From a virus: a DNA stretch of 60,930 bases. Below the pieces are notes generated by a model. The model had not been told where the DNA came from and ran no database searches. It saw only the letters and a list, made by a program, of their open reading frames with translations. The stretch is from positions 1-60,930 of the IMG/VR virus record IMGVR_UViG_3300010357_002195. One strand, 5' to 3'. Below are positions 28,572 through 38,195 of the stretch, in pieces; position 1 is the stretch's first letter; every line of letters starts with the position of its first letter. Made by a program: the position numbers and the translations under genes.

Positions 28572-29927
28572 TTATCTTCTCCCTCCCCTTGAAGAAGATG
28601 ATGAAGAACTTGAACTTGTTCCTGAATTTGAACTTGAACTTCTGGATCCCCCGGAATAACTTGATCCGCTAGAACTTGAACTTCTGGATGGTGTTGAATA
28701 GCTAGAACCAGATGATCTATTATAATTTGAAGGTGAACTAACAGATGATCTGTTCGAAGGAGCTGAATAGGTTCTTGATTGAGTAGTCGTCCTGGTTTGA
28801 GAGGATGTTCTATTCTGAGGTGCGGTGTATGTTCTCGTTGTAGTCTGTGTTGATGTTCTATTTTGAGTTGATGTCGAAGGCCTTGTTGAAGTAGATGGAC
28901 GAGAATAAACAGGTTTATCCTGGCTTTGAATATCTCTATTAATATTTGTATTAGTATTATTGTATTGAGGCCTTGTACTAGCTCTTGGCTGCTGATAAGA
29001 AGGAGTATAAGTTCTTCTACTCTCAGTGTATTCGGGTTTATTATGAGACTGTGTTGCTGACTGTGTCCTGGTTTGTGTTTGCGTGGATACAGATCTTCTA
29101 TTTTCAGTCGGTTGTACTTGAGTTCTGGTCTGTGTTTGTGTAGTCGTTTCTATTCTTCTCGAAGGATTCTGAGTTACTGTAGATAGAGTTCTCCCCGTGG
29201 ATCTGTCGATTTGAACAGTCCTATTTATAGTAACGGGCTCCTTTCTGGTATAAGTATTTGTTAAAGTTGAAGGACTATTTCTTCTTCCATAGTTATTGGA
29301 ATAAATGCTGGAAACATGTTTATTATTTTGGTTCCAAGAATTCCCAATATAATAATTGTAAGTATTGTGCGAGTAGTATCTTGGGTAATCCCATCTATAT
29401 TCCCATCTCCAATAATGATTTCGGTATCCATACCAATAATTATATCGGTAAGGATAATATCCATAGGTCCCCCAATACCAGGAATCATAATACCAAGGAT
29501 CATAGAAGAACGGGTCATAAGACCAATACCAGCTGTAATAATATGGTGAATAATAGGGTCTGTGAAACCTGTAAATCAAAGAGGTGTAATAAAGATCGTT
29601 ATAAACTTCCTGTTTAGCGTCAAAGTAAAGGGAATCCTGAAATTTTCTTAATTCCTTTTTTTCCAAACGAAGTTCCTTCTGCTTTAATTTTAATTCTTGT
29701 TTTCTAAGATCTAGATCGTCTTGACTAGGTCTATAATAAATATCGTCGAATTCAGCTTTTTTCTGTTCGACATATACCGTATCGTATTTAACGATGGTAT
29801 CAGGGGTTGCAGATTGCTCTTTCTGTAGCAAATACTTCTCATAATTAGATAACTCCCGGGTTTCATTCTGGCCGAAAGATATATAATTAAAAAGAAGAAC
29901 GATTAAAAGGGTTATTAGCTTTTTCAT
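28572..29927 (-). CDS. Secreted Bacteroidota-type protein with Tyr/Trp-rich core and Ser/Arg/Thr low-complexity tail
   Basis: Sec signal MKKLITLLIVLLFNYISFG, FDDIYY motif, YDPFFYDPWYY block and SSRGGRR end. Confidence 0.7.
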   Translation of the reverse strand: MKKLITLLIVLLFNYISFGQNETRELSNYEKYLLQKEQSATPDTIVKYDTVYVEQKKAEFDDIYYRPSQDDLDLRKQELKLKQKELRLEKKELRKFQDSLYFDAKQEVYNDLYYTSLIYRFHRPYYSPYYYSWYWSYDPFFYDPWYYDSWYWGTYGYYPYRYNYWYGYRNHYWRWEYRWDYPRYYSHNTYNYYIGNSWNQNNKHVSSIYSNNYGRRNSPSTLTNTYTRKEPVTINRTVQIDRSTGRTLSTVTQNPSRRIETTTQTQTRTQVQPTENRRSVSTQTQTRTQSATQSHNKPEYTESRRTYTPSYQQPRASTRPQYNNTNTNINRDIQSQDKPVYSRPSTSTRPSTSTQNRTSTQTTTRTYTAPQNRTSSQTRTTTQSRTYSAPSNRSSVSSPSNYNRSSGSSYSTPSRSSSSSGSSYSGGSRSSSSNSGTSSSSSSSSSRGGRR

Positions 29928-30065
29928 GATTTTGAAATTAATTTAGTTCTTCAATTAATATATAGAAAAAACTGTGCCGTTTTTGGAAAGGCAGCGCAAA
30001 GAAATAATCGACAACTCACAAAAACTAGCATAAATATATAATATATAAAATAAAATCTCCTTATT

Positions 30066-30596
30066 ATGAGAAAATTTAATACTGTACTTAAAGAGAAACA
30101 AACTAAAGAAGAGCAACTTACTGAAAAGAAAGTTCTCGGACAGTTTAAAAGGGTTTACGATGCTCTCTTAGAGAAGTATGGCATTACTGGTTTTAGAGAA
30201 CTACCCGAAAAAGGGCAGTCCATCTTTTTAAATGAATTAAATTCTTATTGGTCTGAAGAAGAAGGAATAAGCGAAAGCGGTGTTAAGTTTCTCAGCACAA
30301 GGGGAAAAGCTCTTAATGAGCATTCTTCTGAAGAACAGAAGAAGAATTTCCTTCAGGAAAAAGCCAATATTGTTATCGGTGAAACCCTTCGTCAAAGTGA
30401 ATTAAAATATAAGCTTTATAATGTTATAGATGAAATGTATAATGAGGTAAAAGCATCGAACCTCTCAGAAGTACTTCCTTCAGACGTAATCTTCGAAACA
30501 TTTAAGGATTCATTCGTAAAGAATGTGAAGAATTTACTTTCTGAAATCCGTTACGAACTTAATGAAAGTTCCAAAGATGAAAATCCTGAGGCCTAA
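30066..30596 (+). CDS. Hypothetical, probably head-associated protein
   Basis: LKE, LTE and LNE sites. AATATATAA motifs at 30032-30048. Confidence 0.5.
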   Translation: MRKFNTVLKEKQTKEEQLTEKKVLGQFKRVYDALLEKYGITGFRELPEKGQSIFLNELNSYWSEEEGISESGVKFLSTRGKALNEHSSEEQKKNFLQEKANIVIGETLRQSELKYKLYNVIDEMYNEVKASNLSEVLPSDVIFETFKDSFVKNVKNLLSEIRYELNESSKDENPEA

Positions 30597-30687
30597 ATTA
30601 AAAAAAGTTACTCCTAAACCAACAGCACCGAAGAAATTTAATCCAAAATTCGTTCTACCTAAAAAACGAAGCTGTTGCGGGAAATGA
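30577..30687 (+). CDS. 36-aa Lys/Pro-rich peptide ending SCCGK (not in ORF track)
   Basis: MKILRPKLKKVTPKPTAPKKFNPKFVLPKKRSCCGK, immediately followed by a terminator. Confidence 0.4.
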   Translation: MKILRPKLKKVTPKPTAPKKFNPKFVLPKKRSCCGK

Positions 30688-30691
30688 TATA

Positions 30692-30717
30692 AAGGGATGC
30701 ACGCGCATCCCTTTTTT
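30692..30717 (+). terminator. Intrinsic terminator
   Basis: AAAGGGATGC-ACGC-GCATCCCTTT plus T-run. Confidence 0.8.
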
Positions 30718-30749
30718 AATATATAGAATGAACAAATAAATTCTTAAAT

Positions 30750-32540
30750 ATGGCAATAAATACTCTACGCGAGATTTTAGAAAAAAGAGGATCAGAATAC
30801 GTAGAAAGATTTTTAAGCGAAGATCTAGTCATTACCGAAAAACTTGACACTTATCGCATCCTTTTTGAAAATGTAAAAGGGGAGATCAAATTCTATAAAA
30901 AAGATAACTCCGAATTAAATCTTATTGAAAGAGTTCTTACAAATGTCTGGGAAGATGCAATTGTGGAACTTTCTATTATCTTACATGAAGCTCATGTTCC
31001 TGAGGGGATTAGATTCGGATTAGCTTATACCCCAGTCCCAAAACCTATTCGCATTCCTTATTCAAAACTTCCAAAATATATCGTTACAGATATAACAAAA
31101 AGGGAAAATAACAAGGTTGTTGAATCTTTTGATTATGACGAACTTTATACCTGGGCGGAATCATTAAGTCTAGGAAGACCTCCTGTAATTTTTTCAGGTA
31201 AATTATCCGAAGAACAGAAAAAAGCTATTTTAGAATATGCTAAGGGGAATTACGATGATATTGAAGATAACTTAAGTGAATTATTAAAGAATCGTTTTTC
31301 CGGAACCTATTCAAAGGAAAATATTATTGAAGGAATTATTATAAAAAGCGGTGATCGTTTAGTTCAAATTCCTTCTTATGAATTTGAAATATTAAATGAA
31401 GCTTATCAGAAGATCGAATCCTCTAGAGATTTTTATGATCTTACAATACTTAGTTTAAATAGCTTTCTAGAAAAATATCCATTCCCTATTCTTGAAGGGG
31501 AAAATCCAGATCAAATGTATTTGGAAATGGTTTGCGATATATTTAACCATTATTGTGAAAGTCCTTCAGTTACAGAAGGCATGAAACCAGAATATCTTAC
31601 TCCCCCAAACTTTGGATATGTGGGAAACTTAAATCTCCTTTTAATTAAGAACAAGAAAACATTAGATCTTTTGGAGAAAGGCGGGAAAGTTTATGAATCC
31701 ATATTTAGAGTTATCCTTAGTTCTTTAAGGAAATATAAAAAGGAATACGGTCTCCTTAACGAAACAGCTGTAAATAAATTTAATACTTATGTTTATTTAA
31801 TCAGTGAAAGAATTAAGAATCCTCTTCAAGATAGTTTATTTGAAGATGCTCAATTAATAACTGAAAAATCTGAAAATATTGTTGTTGGAGCCGTTGCTAA
31901 GAAAATGATGACGGATATTGATAATATGAGAGTTATTGCTTCTATTCAGAAGACATTTGAGCCAAAGGGAAGAGAAGGAATTCAGGGAGAAGAAAAATGT
32001 GTTATCTATATCACAGATTTTAAACCATTTACTAAAAGCCAAGAAGATAATATTCGATCCATTCAAGGAATGTGGAAATGCCCGGTAATATTAGCAAGTG
32101 TGGGTAATTCTAGAAGAGTAAGAGGAGAAAAATTTTTCTTTTCGGATAGTCTTGTACGAGCTCAGATGAAAGCCTTTGCAGATTCAAATAAAGATCTAGT
32201 TCCTGCATTCTTTTTAATGAATGACTGGGATCTGTTTAGCATTTTTGGCACAGTAAGGCCAAAATATGAACCTATAGCAATTATTACAGATATGGGTAAG
32301 AAAAGTGATCTATCTATTCAGCTTTATTTTGAGGAAGAAGTAATGGATGAAAGAATTTCCGTTGAAAGAGATCTAAATATCGGGGAAATGGATAATAAGG
32401 ATTCTTTACCTGCATTTAGAGCTATTGAAAATAGCGATTTTGTTAATTTTAAGAATGTAACCCCAGAATCTATTTGGGGATTGTGGGATACTATGATTTC
32501 TGAATGGAAAACATGGAATGGAAAAGTTCTTTTAAGATAA
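30750..32540 (+). CDS. Ligase-like nucleotidyltransferase fused to a degenerate cytidylyltransferase-like domain
   Basis: ITEKLDT and IIEGIII in the N-half. CVIYITDFKPFTKSQ and a C-terminal pattern resemble a HUP domain. Confidence 0.55.
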   Translation: MAINTLREILEKRGSEYVERFLSEDLVITEKLDTYRILFENVKGEIKFYKKDNSELNLIERVLTNVWEDAIVELSIILHEAHVPEGIRFGLAYTPVPKPIRIPYSKLPKYIVTDITKRENNKVVESFDYDELYTWAESLSLGRPPVIFSGKLSEEQKKAILEYAKGNYDDIEDNLSELLKNRFSGTYSKENIIEGIIIKSGDRLVQIPSYEFEILNEAYQKIESSRDFYDLTILSLNSFLEKYPFPILEGENPDQMYLEMVCDIFNHYCESPSVTEGMKPEYLTPPNFGYVGNLNLLLIKNKKTLDLLEKGGKVYESIFRVILSSLRKYKKEYGLLNETAVNKFNTYVYLISERIKNPLQDSLFEDAQLITEKSENIVVGAVAKKMMTDIDNMRVIASIQKTFEPKGREGIQGEEKCVIYITDFKPFTKSQEDNIRSIQGMWKCPVILASVGNSRRVRGEKFFFSDSLVRAQMKAFADSNKDLVPAFFLMNDWDLFSIFGTVRPKYEPIAIITDMGKKSDLSIQLYFEEEVMDERISVERDLNIGEMDNKDSLPAFRAIENSDFVNFKNVTPESIWGLWDTMISEWKTWNGKVLLR

Positions 32541-32568
32541 GAAATAAATAAAATAAAAGATTTATATC

Positions 32569-33501
32569 ATGAGTGATTTTATTAAAGAAGGGACCTGGGC
32601 TCTTTCGAAATCTCCAGAAAAAAGACAAGAAGAAGGCGCCTTTTGGATTGCCCAGATACAAGAACTCAAAGACGGAATCTATAATGTCTTCGGAGATGAT
32701 ATTCTTTTTGATCACTTTGATCATGCAATAAAAAGGATAGAGGAAATGATGGCAATCCCCGAAGAAGAAATATCTGAAGGATTAAACGAAGATGTTACTA
32801 TACCGGCTAATTTAACACAGCAATATCTTGTCGTCAAAAAACAAATAGCTGATAAACAAACACAGAAGGATCAATTAATGAAGCAAGTAAATCAAAAGGA
32901 TAATGAAATAAATATTCTCACTAAAAATTTAATTGCTATTGAAGCTAAAGCTGCTCAGGAGCAAGGAAAAGAGGCTGCTATAAAAACCGGAGAAACTGCC
33001 CAGCCTGAAAATAAAGCAGAAGCAACATCTACATCTTCAAATGAATCATTAGTTTCTATTTCGGATCTTATGACTGAAATAAATGAGATGGAAGGGTGGC
33101 TTGCCGAAATGGGGGCCGAAGAATTTGAAGAAGAAGGCGGAGAAATTGCTGGAGAAGTCCTGGATGTCGAGGAACTTGAAGATGATGAGGAGGGACCTGC
33201 TGAACAAGATAAAGAAGATGTATTTGCTATCAGAATAAGTGACCCAGATGAAGACGAAGAAATAATTGCAAAAGTTTATAAAAACGAGGATAATGATTTC
33301 TGGAAGATAAGAGTAGTTCAGGGAAGCGAAGATCCACTTGAAACAATGCAATTTGATCCGGATATGGAATTTGTAGACATCATTGAAAAACTTGGAGAAA
33401 TATATGATGAGGTCGAAGAAGTATCTATGGATGAATACCAGGATTTGTTAGACGATAAGGAAGAGATTGATGCTCAATACTTTTCAAAAGAGGAAGAGTA
33501 A
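32569..33501 (+). CDS. Acidic, probably prohead-core protein
   Basis: Very E/D-rich, with GLNED, SNES and INE sites. Confidence 0.5.
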   Translation: MSDFIKEGTWALSKSPEKRQEEGAFWIAQIQELKDGIYNVFGDDILFDHFDHAIKRIEEMMAIPEEEISEGLNEDVTIPANLTQQYLVVKKQIADKQTQKDQLMKQVNQKDNEINILTKNLIAIEAKAAQEQGKEAAIKTGETAQPENKAEATSTSSNESLVSISDLMTEINEMEGWLAEMGAEEFEEEGGEIAGEVLDVEELEDDEEGPAEQDKEDVFAIRISDPDEDEEIIAKVYKNEDNDFWKIRVVQGSEDPLETMQFDPDMEFVDIIEKLGEIYDEVEEVSMDEYQDLLDDKEEIDAQYFSKEEE

Positions 33502-33588
33502 AACTTTGATGTTAATATGCAACTCGCAAATCATTAAAAATAAACCTGGATATATAAAATATATTCCAAAATTAATGTTAATAAAACT

Positions 33589-35073
33589 ATGAAACAGACT
33601 TATGTACCCGTAACTTTGGATCAATATCTTAATGAGTCAAAAACCATTACACTCAAAAGAGGGTATGGCGAAAGAAAACCCGTGGTTGTGGGTTCAACTG
33701 CTCCTATAAGAAATCAGATCCTATCTTATGTAGCCGAGAACCAGCGTGTTGCAAAAACAGATCTTAAAAGATTTATTGCTGGTTTGAATGAAGGAAGCAA
33801 AAATCCTAATGCTTCTGCTATTATGTGGTTAAAGAGAAATTCCCATTTCTTTGTAACCGAATCTAAAGAAGGCCAAACATTTTTCAAGCTTTCTCCTATA
33901 GGAAGAAGACTCGCTGATCGTTTTGTTCAAGCTCCTTCTACTACTTTATCAGAGCAGAAGAAAAACAAGGACGATTATGATTTTGTAGATACCAAAAAAG
34001 GGTATCCAAGAAAAGGTCTTTATGATGTATCTGAAGAGGAAGAAGAAAAGAAAGAGGAATGTTCTGAAAATGTAACTGAATCTAGAAAGGCTAAAATTGA
34101 AGCTATTATTGAAAGAATTAGAGCTAAAAGAGCCCAGGAGCTTAGAGAAGGTAAGGAAGAATCTCTTGAAGAAGAAGCTAAATTTATGGGTAAAGATCCC
34201 CTAGCTGGAATAGAAAAATCCAAGAAAAAACTTGGGGGGAAACTCGATAAAAATCTTCATAATCAACTAGAAGATAGTCAGGAAAAAGACGAAAATGAAC
34301 TTTCTAAATTCCCTGAAGAAAAAGCTAAAAAGAAAATTAACGAAGCTGAAGAAGAAAAACCAGCTGAAGAGGACGAACTTTCGTTTGATGATCTCGATTT
34401 AGGAGATGAAGAAGAAAAGAAAGAGGAAAAATCAGCTGAAGGTGAAGAAAAACCCGAGGAAAAAGAAGAAGAAAAACCAGAGGAAAGCGAAGAAGATAAG
34501 GTAGAAATTACAGAGTTCATTATCACTGTAACGAATGCTGAAGAAGCAATCAAAGAACTTGATGAACTTGGAGTTCCTGCTGAAAAAGTAGAAGACGAAG
34601 AAGAGGGTGAAGAAGAGGGTGAAGAAGAGGGTGAAGAAGAGGGTGAAGAAGAAAAAGAAGAAGGCGAAGAAGAAAAAGAGGGAGAAGAAAAAGAGGGAGA
34701 TAGCCTTAATTTAGGTGAAGCATCTGAAGGAGAAGAACCCGAAACAGAAGAAAAAATTAAAGTTTCTGTTGATTATTGGGAACCTCTTAAGAAATGGCTT
34801 GAAGAAAAAGGCGTAAATATCGAAGAACTTTTCGGCGGCGAAATAGAAATCGAAGAAGAACCAGAAGGCGAAGAAACTCCAGATGAAGGCGAAGAAGATG
34901 ATTTCTCATTAGATCTCGGAGACGAAACTCCAGATGAAGGAGAAGGCGAAGGTGCTGATGATTTCTCATTGGATCTTGAAGAAACCACTGAAGCTCCAAC
35001 TGTTGAAGAACAACCAGGATCTTTCATGGATAAAGTAGCTGATAAAGTTGCTGATAAAATCTTAAATAAGTAA
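33589..35073 (+). CDS. Highly acidic scaffold/prohead-core-like protein
   Basis: Glu-rich C-half and many [LIV]xE-[SGA] sites. GGATATATAA at 33548-33557. Confidence 0.55.
   Translation: MKQTYVPVTLDQYLNESKTITLKRGYGERKPVVVGSTAPIRNQILSYVAENQRVAKTDLKRFIAGLNEGSKNPNASAIMWLKRNSHFFVTESKEGQTFFKLSPIGRRLADRFVQAPSTTLSEQKKNKDDYDFVDTKKGYPRKGLYDVSEEEEEKKEECSENVTESRKAKIEAIIERIRAKRAQELREGKEESLEEEAKFMGKDPLAGIEKSKKKLGGKLDKNLHNQLEDSQEKDENELSKFPEEKAKKKINEAEEEKPAEEDELSFDDLDLGDEEEKKEEKSAEGEEKPEEKEEEKPEESEEDKVEITEFIITVTNAEEAIKELDELGVPAEKVEDEEEGEEEGEEEGEEEGEEEKEEGEEEKEGEEKEGDSLNLGEASEGEEPETEEKIKVSVDYWEPLKKWLEEKGVNIEELFGGEIEIEEEPEGEETPDEGEEDDFSLDLGDETPDEGEGEGADDFSLDLEETTEAPTVEEQPGSFMDKVADKVADKILNK
34597..34644 (+). 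repeat. 4 x 12-bp tandem repeat GAAGAAGAGGGT (EEEG)
   Basis: Exact copies at 34597, 34609, 34621 and 34633. Confidence 0.9.
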
Positions 35074-35090
35074 AAATCCTTAATAACTTT

Positions 35091-35116
35091 AAACCCCCGT
35101 TATTCGGGGGTTTTTT
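35091..35116 (+). terminator. Intrinsic terminator
   Basis: AAACCCCCG-TTAT-TCGGGGGTTT plus T-run. Confidence 0.8.
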
Positions 35117-35150
35117 GTTTCCTTTTATTTCAAAGGAAAATATATAAGAT

Positions 35151-35561
35151 ATGAGAGCTATAACTGTATTCGAATCGCAGAATTTTACTCGTACCGAAGA
35201 TATAAAAACTAATATGGGTATCGGTATGTGGGGTCAAATTCACCAAATTTGTCAAAATAAAGGTAGAAATTTTGACAAAAAAAATTTATTACAAATGTTT
35301 TTAACTTGTGCTTCTGAAGATCGAATAGATCTTATGGATTTTATTCTTTCAAAAGGATTAGATATAAATGGGAGTGATTCTGAAATACTTCGTGTTTTAG
35401 CATGGATGGAAAAAATAGAGTTAGGAGCTTTCTTAATAGCAAATAGGGGAGCAGATGTAGAAAAAGCTATAAAAGTTGCCCAAGATAAACATGAATGGAA
35501 AACAGAAAGAGCACTTGAAGAAATGAAAGAGGAAATAAAAGGGCAAGATCCTAAGGTTTAG
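35151..35561 (+). CDS. Ankyrin-repeat-like protein with a divergent FERG tag
   Basis: MRAITVFESQNFTRTEDIKTNMGIG, then IDLMDFILSKGLDIN...LIANRGADV. Confidence 0.55.
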   Translation: MRAITVFESQNFTRTEDIKTNMGIGMWGQIHQICQNKGRNFDKKNLLQMFLTCASEDRIDLMDFILSKGLDINGSDSEILRVLAWMEKIELGAFLIANRGADVEKAIKVAQDKHEWKTERALEEMKEEIKGQDPKV

Positions 35562-35583
35562 ATGATCAAAAAATTTACATTAA

Positions 35584-36219
35584 ATGAGGGCTAAGAAAAA
35601 ATATTATTTTATCTATATGACCAAAAATCTCATTAATGGTAAATCCTATGTTGGAGCTCATTCAACAGATAATTTGGATGATAATTATTTAGGATCTGGC
35701 GTATATTTAAAAAATGCTTTGAAAAAATATAAAAGAAAAAACTTTGTTCGGGGAATATTAGAATTTTGTTCTCAAAATGATTGGGAGGAAAAAGAACAGT
35801 TTTGGATTAAAAAGATGAATACTGAATATCCTCTAGGATATAATTTAACACTTGGGGGGGAAGGGGGAATTGGAAAAATATTCTTCGAGCATTCAAGAGT
35901 TTTAATGAGTAAAACCCGGAGAGAAAGAAATCTAGCAAAGGGAAAAAATAATGGAATGTATGGAAATAATCATTCTTTATCATCCAAACAAAGTATGAGC
36001 AAAACCCGAAAGGAAAGAGAGGTTGCAAAAGGAAAAAATAATGTCCGTTTTGACCATAATATTTATACATTTTGTAATACATTTACGGGTGAAAAATTCA
36101 CGGGGCATAAATATGATCTTGCACAAAAAATTAATTCAAATTCTTCCGCTCTAAATTCTCTAATTAAAGGATATAGACATCAACATAAAAATTGGATTTA
36201 TGAGAGCCAAAACAGTTAA
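35584..36219 (+). mobile_element. GIY-YIG homing endonuclease with NUMOD3-like repeats
   Basis: YFIYMTKNLINGKSYVG, YLGSG, GYNLTLGGEG and GKNNGMYG. Confidence 0.85.
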
Positions 36220-36754
36220 TCAAATAAAAAAAGCCTACTGCTTCGACTTTGACGACACTTTAGTAAAAACTGATGCAAAGGTTTATGTTTATAAACAAGG
36301 AAAAATGATTAAATCATTAACTCCTGAACAATTTAACCATTACGTAAAAGCCCCTGATGAAGAAATAGATATTTCTGAGTTTAAAGATCCTAGATTAATT
36401 CTTTCAGCTAGAAAATATAAGATGTGGCCAGCATTACAAAATATGAATAATGCTATTCGCCAAGGAAGAAGTTCCTCTGAAATATTCATACTTACAGCTA
36501 GATCTGCCATAGCTCAAAACCCTATTTATAATTTTCTTAAGGCAAATGATATTTTTATCCCAGAGGATCATATTATTACAATAGGTGATGATATAGGAGA
36601 AATAAGTATACCAGAAGAAAAGAAGAAAGTACTTAAACAACTTCGATCCCAGTTTGATGAATTAACATTTTTTGACGATAATCCTAAAAATATCGAATTA
36701 GCAAGAGAAGTCGGCGGAATTCGTACTCGCTTAGTAGATAGCGTGAATATATAA
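36200..36754 (+). CDS. HAD-superfamily phosphatase with MRAKT leader
   Basis: YCFDFDDTL, ILTAR and FFDDNPKN. Confidence 0.8.
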   Translation: MRAKTVNQIKKAYCFDFDDTLVKTDAKVYVYKQGKMIKSLTPEQFNHYVKAPDEEIDISEFKDPRLILSARKYKMWPALQNMNNAIRQGRSSSEIFILTARSAIAQNPIYNFLKANDIFIPEDHIITIGDDIGEISIPEEKKKVLKQLRSQFDELTFFDDNPKNIELAREVGGIRTRLVDSVNI

Positions 36755-36775
36755 AATAAATTAAATAAAATCAAT

Positions 36776-37231
36776 ATGGCTAAAGTAAAAATGGTAGCAG
36801 AATCTCTTAATGAGAGTATGTATGCAAGATTAAATGAAGAAATGAATGCAGTTTCTGAATCCATTCTTAATGACTTCATGTCTGGTCTCAAAAAGGCTTT
36901 TGCTGGTTTAAATAAGCAATATGAAGCTCTTGATAAAACGAATGATAAAGCTGTCAGAGAATTTGCATGGGATGTTGCCCTAAAAACTTATGTTGCTGAT
37001 GCACCAGAAGCTGGAAGAAAATCCCTTAAAATGTGGGCTCAGAAGGCTCCTCTAGAAATGCTTGTTAAGTTCCTTGAAAAGGCTTCAGGAGATAAATTCT
37101 ATGGAAGAACTTCTCCTACTTATGTTCAAGGTAAACTTCAGGTTGGTTGGAGACCTATGAAAGAGCTTAAACTTGAAAATCCTTTTGCTTCAGTCGGAAC
37201 TAGCGGACATACTGCTTCAGGTGGAGTTTAA
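36776..37231 (+). CDS. Hypothetical protein with MAKVKMVAESLNE leader
   Basis: Leader plus second LNE site. GAATATATAA at 36745-36754. Confidence 0.6.
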   Translation: MAKVKMVAESLNESMYARLNEEMNAVSESILNDFMSGLKKAFAGLNKQYEALDKTNDKAVREFAWDVALKTYVADAPEAGRKSLKMWAQKAPLEMLVKFLEKASGDKFYGRTSPTYVQGKLQVGWRPMKELKLENPFASVGTSGHTASGGV

Positions 37232-37245
37232 AAAATCCTGACTTT

Positions 37246-37956
37246 ATGGCTGGAACTCGAGGAAAATTTGTAAGAGGTCGTAATCCTATGAGAACTCTGG
37301 ATCTGGGTATCTCTAATAGGATCTTTCAATCTTGTGGCAAACCCTATCAAGAAGGGGGAGGATATTCTTTCAATTATTACGGTGCAGAAAATTGGATGGA
37401 TATTATAAAATGGCTTTTGGATCATGGCTATAATGCTGAAGAAACTGAAGAAGTTATGAGAAGTAAACTCATGAGATGGGCTTCAGATGATGCAGGCCAT
37501 TCAGATGAAGATTGTACTCTAGAAGATTTTCTCAAATTTAACAATCAACCTACTGGAGGAGGAAAAACTCAAGTGGATGTTTTTTTAGATGAATATTTTC
37601 CAGATCCTTCAAGAAAAGATAGAATCATAAATGAAAATGTTGCTGCTCCTATGGCAACATTAGCAAATACCCCAGGAATGGGTAATGCTGTACCAGCTCA
37701 GCAAGCCGCTACAACCGGTAATCAATTTTATCAGCCAGCTACCAAAGGATCCGGTGATTTATGGGGTGGTAAAGGGAAACAAAAGAAAAAAAGGAAAGGA
37801 AGAAAAATTAAATTAGTTAAAGAATCTCTTAATGAGGAGAATATAAATCCCTATGACAAATTAGGAATGTCAATGGCCAAGAAAATGGGCGTTAAAACTC
37901 CTTTTAAAAAGAAAAAGGATAAGAAAAACCAAAATTCAATGTCTCAGAAAGTATGA
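37246..37956 (+). CDS. Multi-segment protein with FERG-type tag and internal INE / KESLNE sites
   Basis: GKFVRGRNPMRTLDLG, IINENV and KLVKESLNEE. Confidence 0.6.
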   Translation: MAGTRGKFVRGRNPMRTLDLGISNRIFQSCGKPYQEGGGYSFNYYGAENWMDIIKWLLDHGYNAEETEEVMRSKLMRWASDDAGHSDEDCTLEDFLKFNNQPTGGGKTQVDVFLDEYFPDPSRKDRIINENVAAPMATLANTPGMGNAVPAQQAATTGNQFYQPATKGSGDLWGGKGKQKKKRKGRKIKLVKESLNEENINPYDKLGMSMAKKMGVKTPFKKKKDKKNQNSMSQKV

Positions 37957-38153
37957 AAACTAAATTAGTAAAAGAATCCTTGGACGAACCTATAAATGAA
38001 ACCATAAAAATGAAGGGGCATGATTATGATGTTTTTAAGATAGGGAATTTATCTAATATATTTGCCGGCAGAGAAGGAATTCTTGGAAAAGATGGAGAAC
38101 TTATTTCCTGGGATATAATTAAACAATTAATGCAAAAATTTAACGTTAGATAA
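37953..38153 (+). CDS. Small protein with MKTKLVKESLDE leader
   Basis: Leader matches the internal site of the upstream gene. Confidence 0.55.
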   Translation: MKTKLVKESLDEPINETIKMKGHDYDVFKIGNLSNIFAGREGILGKDGELISWDIIKQLMQKFNVR

Positions 38154-38180
38154 AACTTTTTTGCCTCCGCTGATTATAAT
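38152..38180 (+). promoter_or_regulatory. Putative middle-type promoter AAAACT-N17-TATAAT
   Basis: Exact spacing upstream of dUTPase. Confidence 0.6.
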
Positions 38181-38195
38181 ATCTAAAAGTATATT

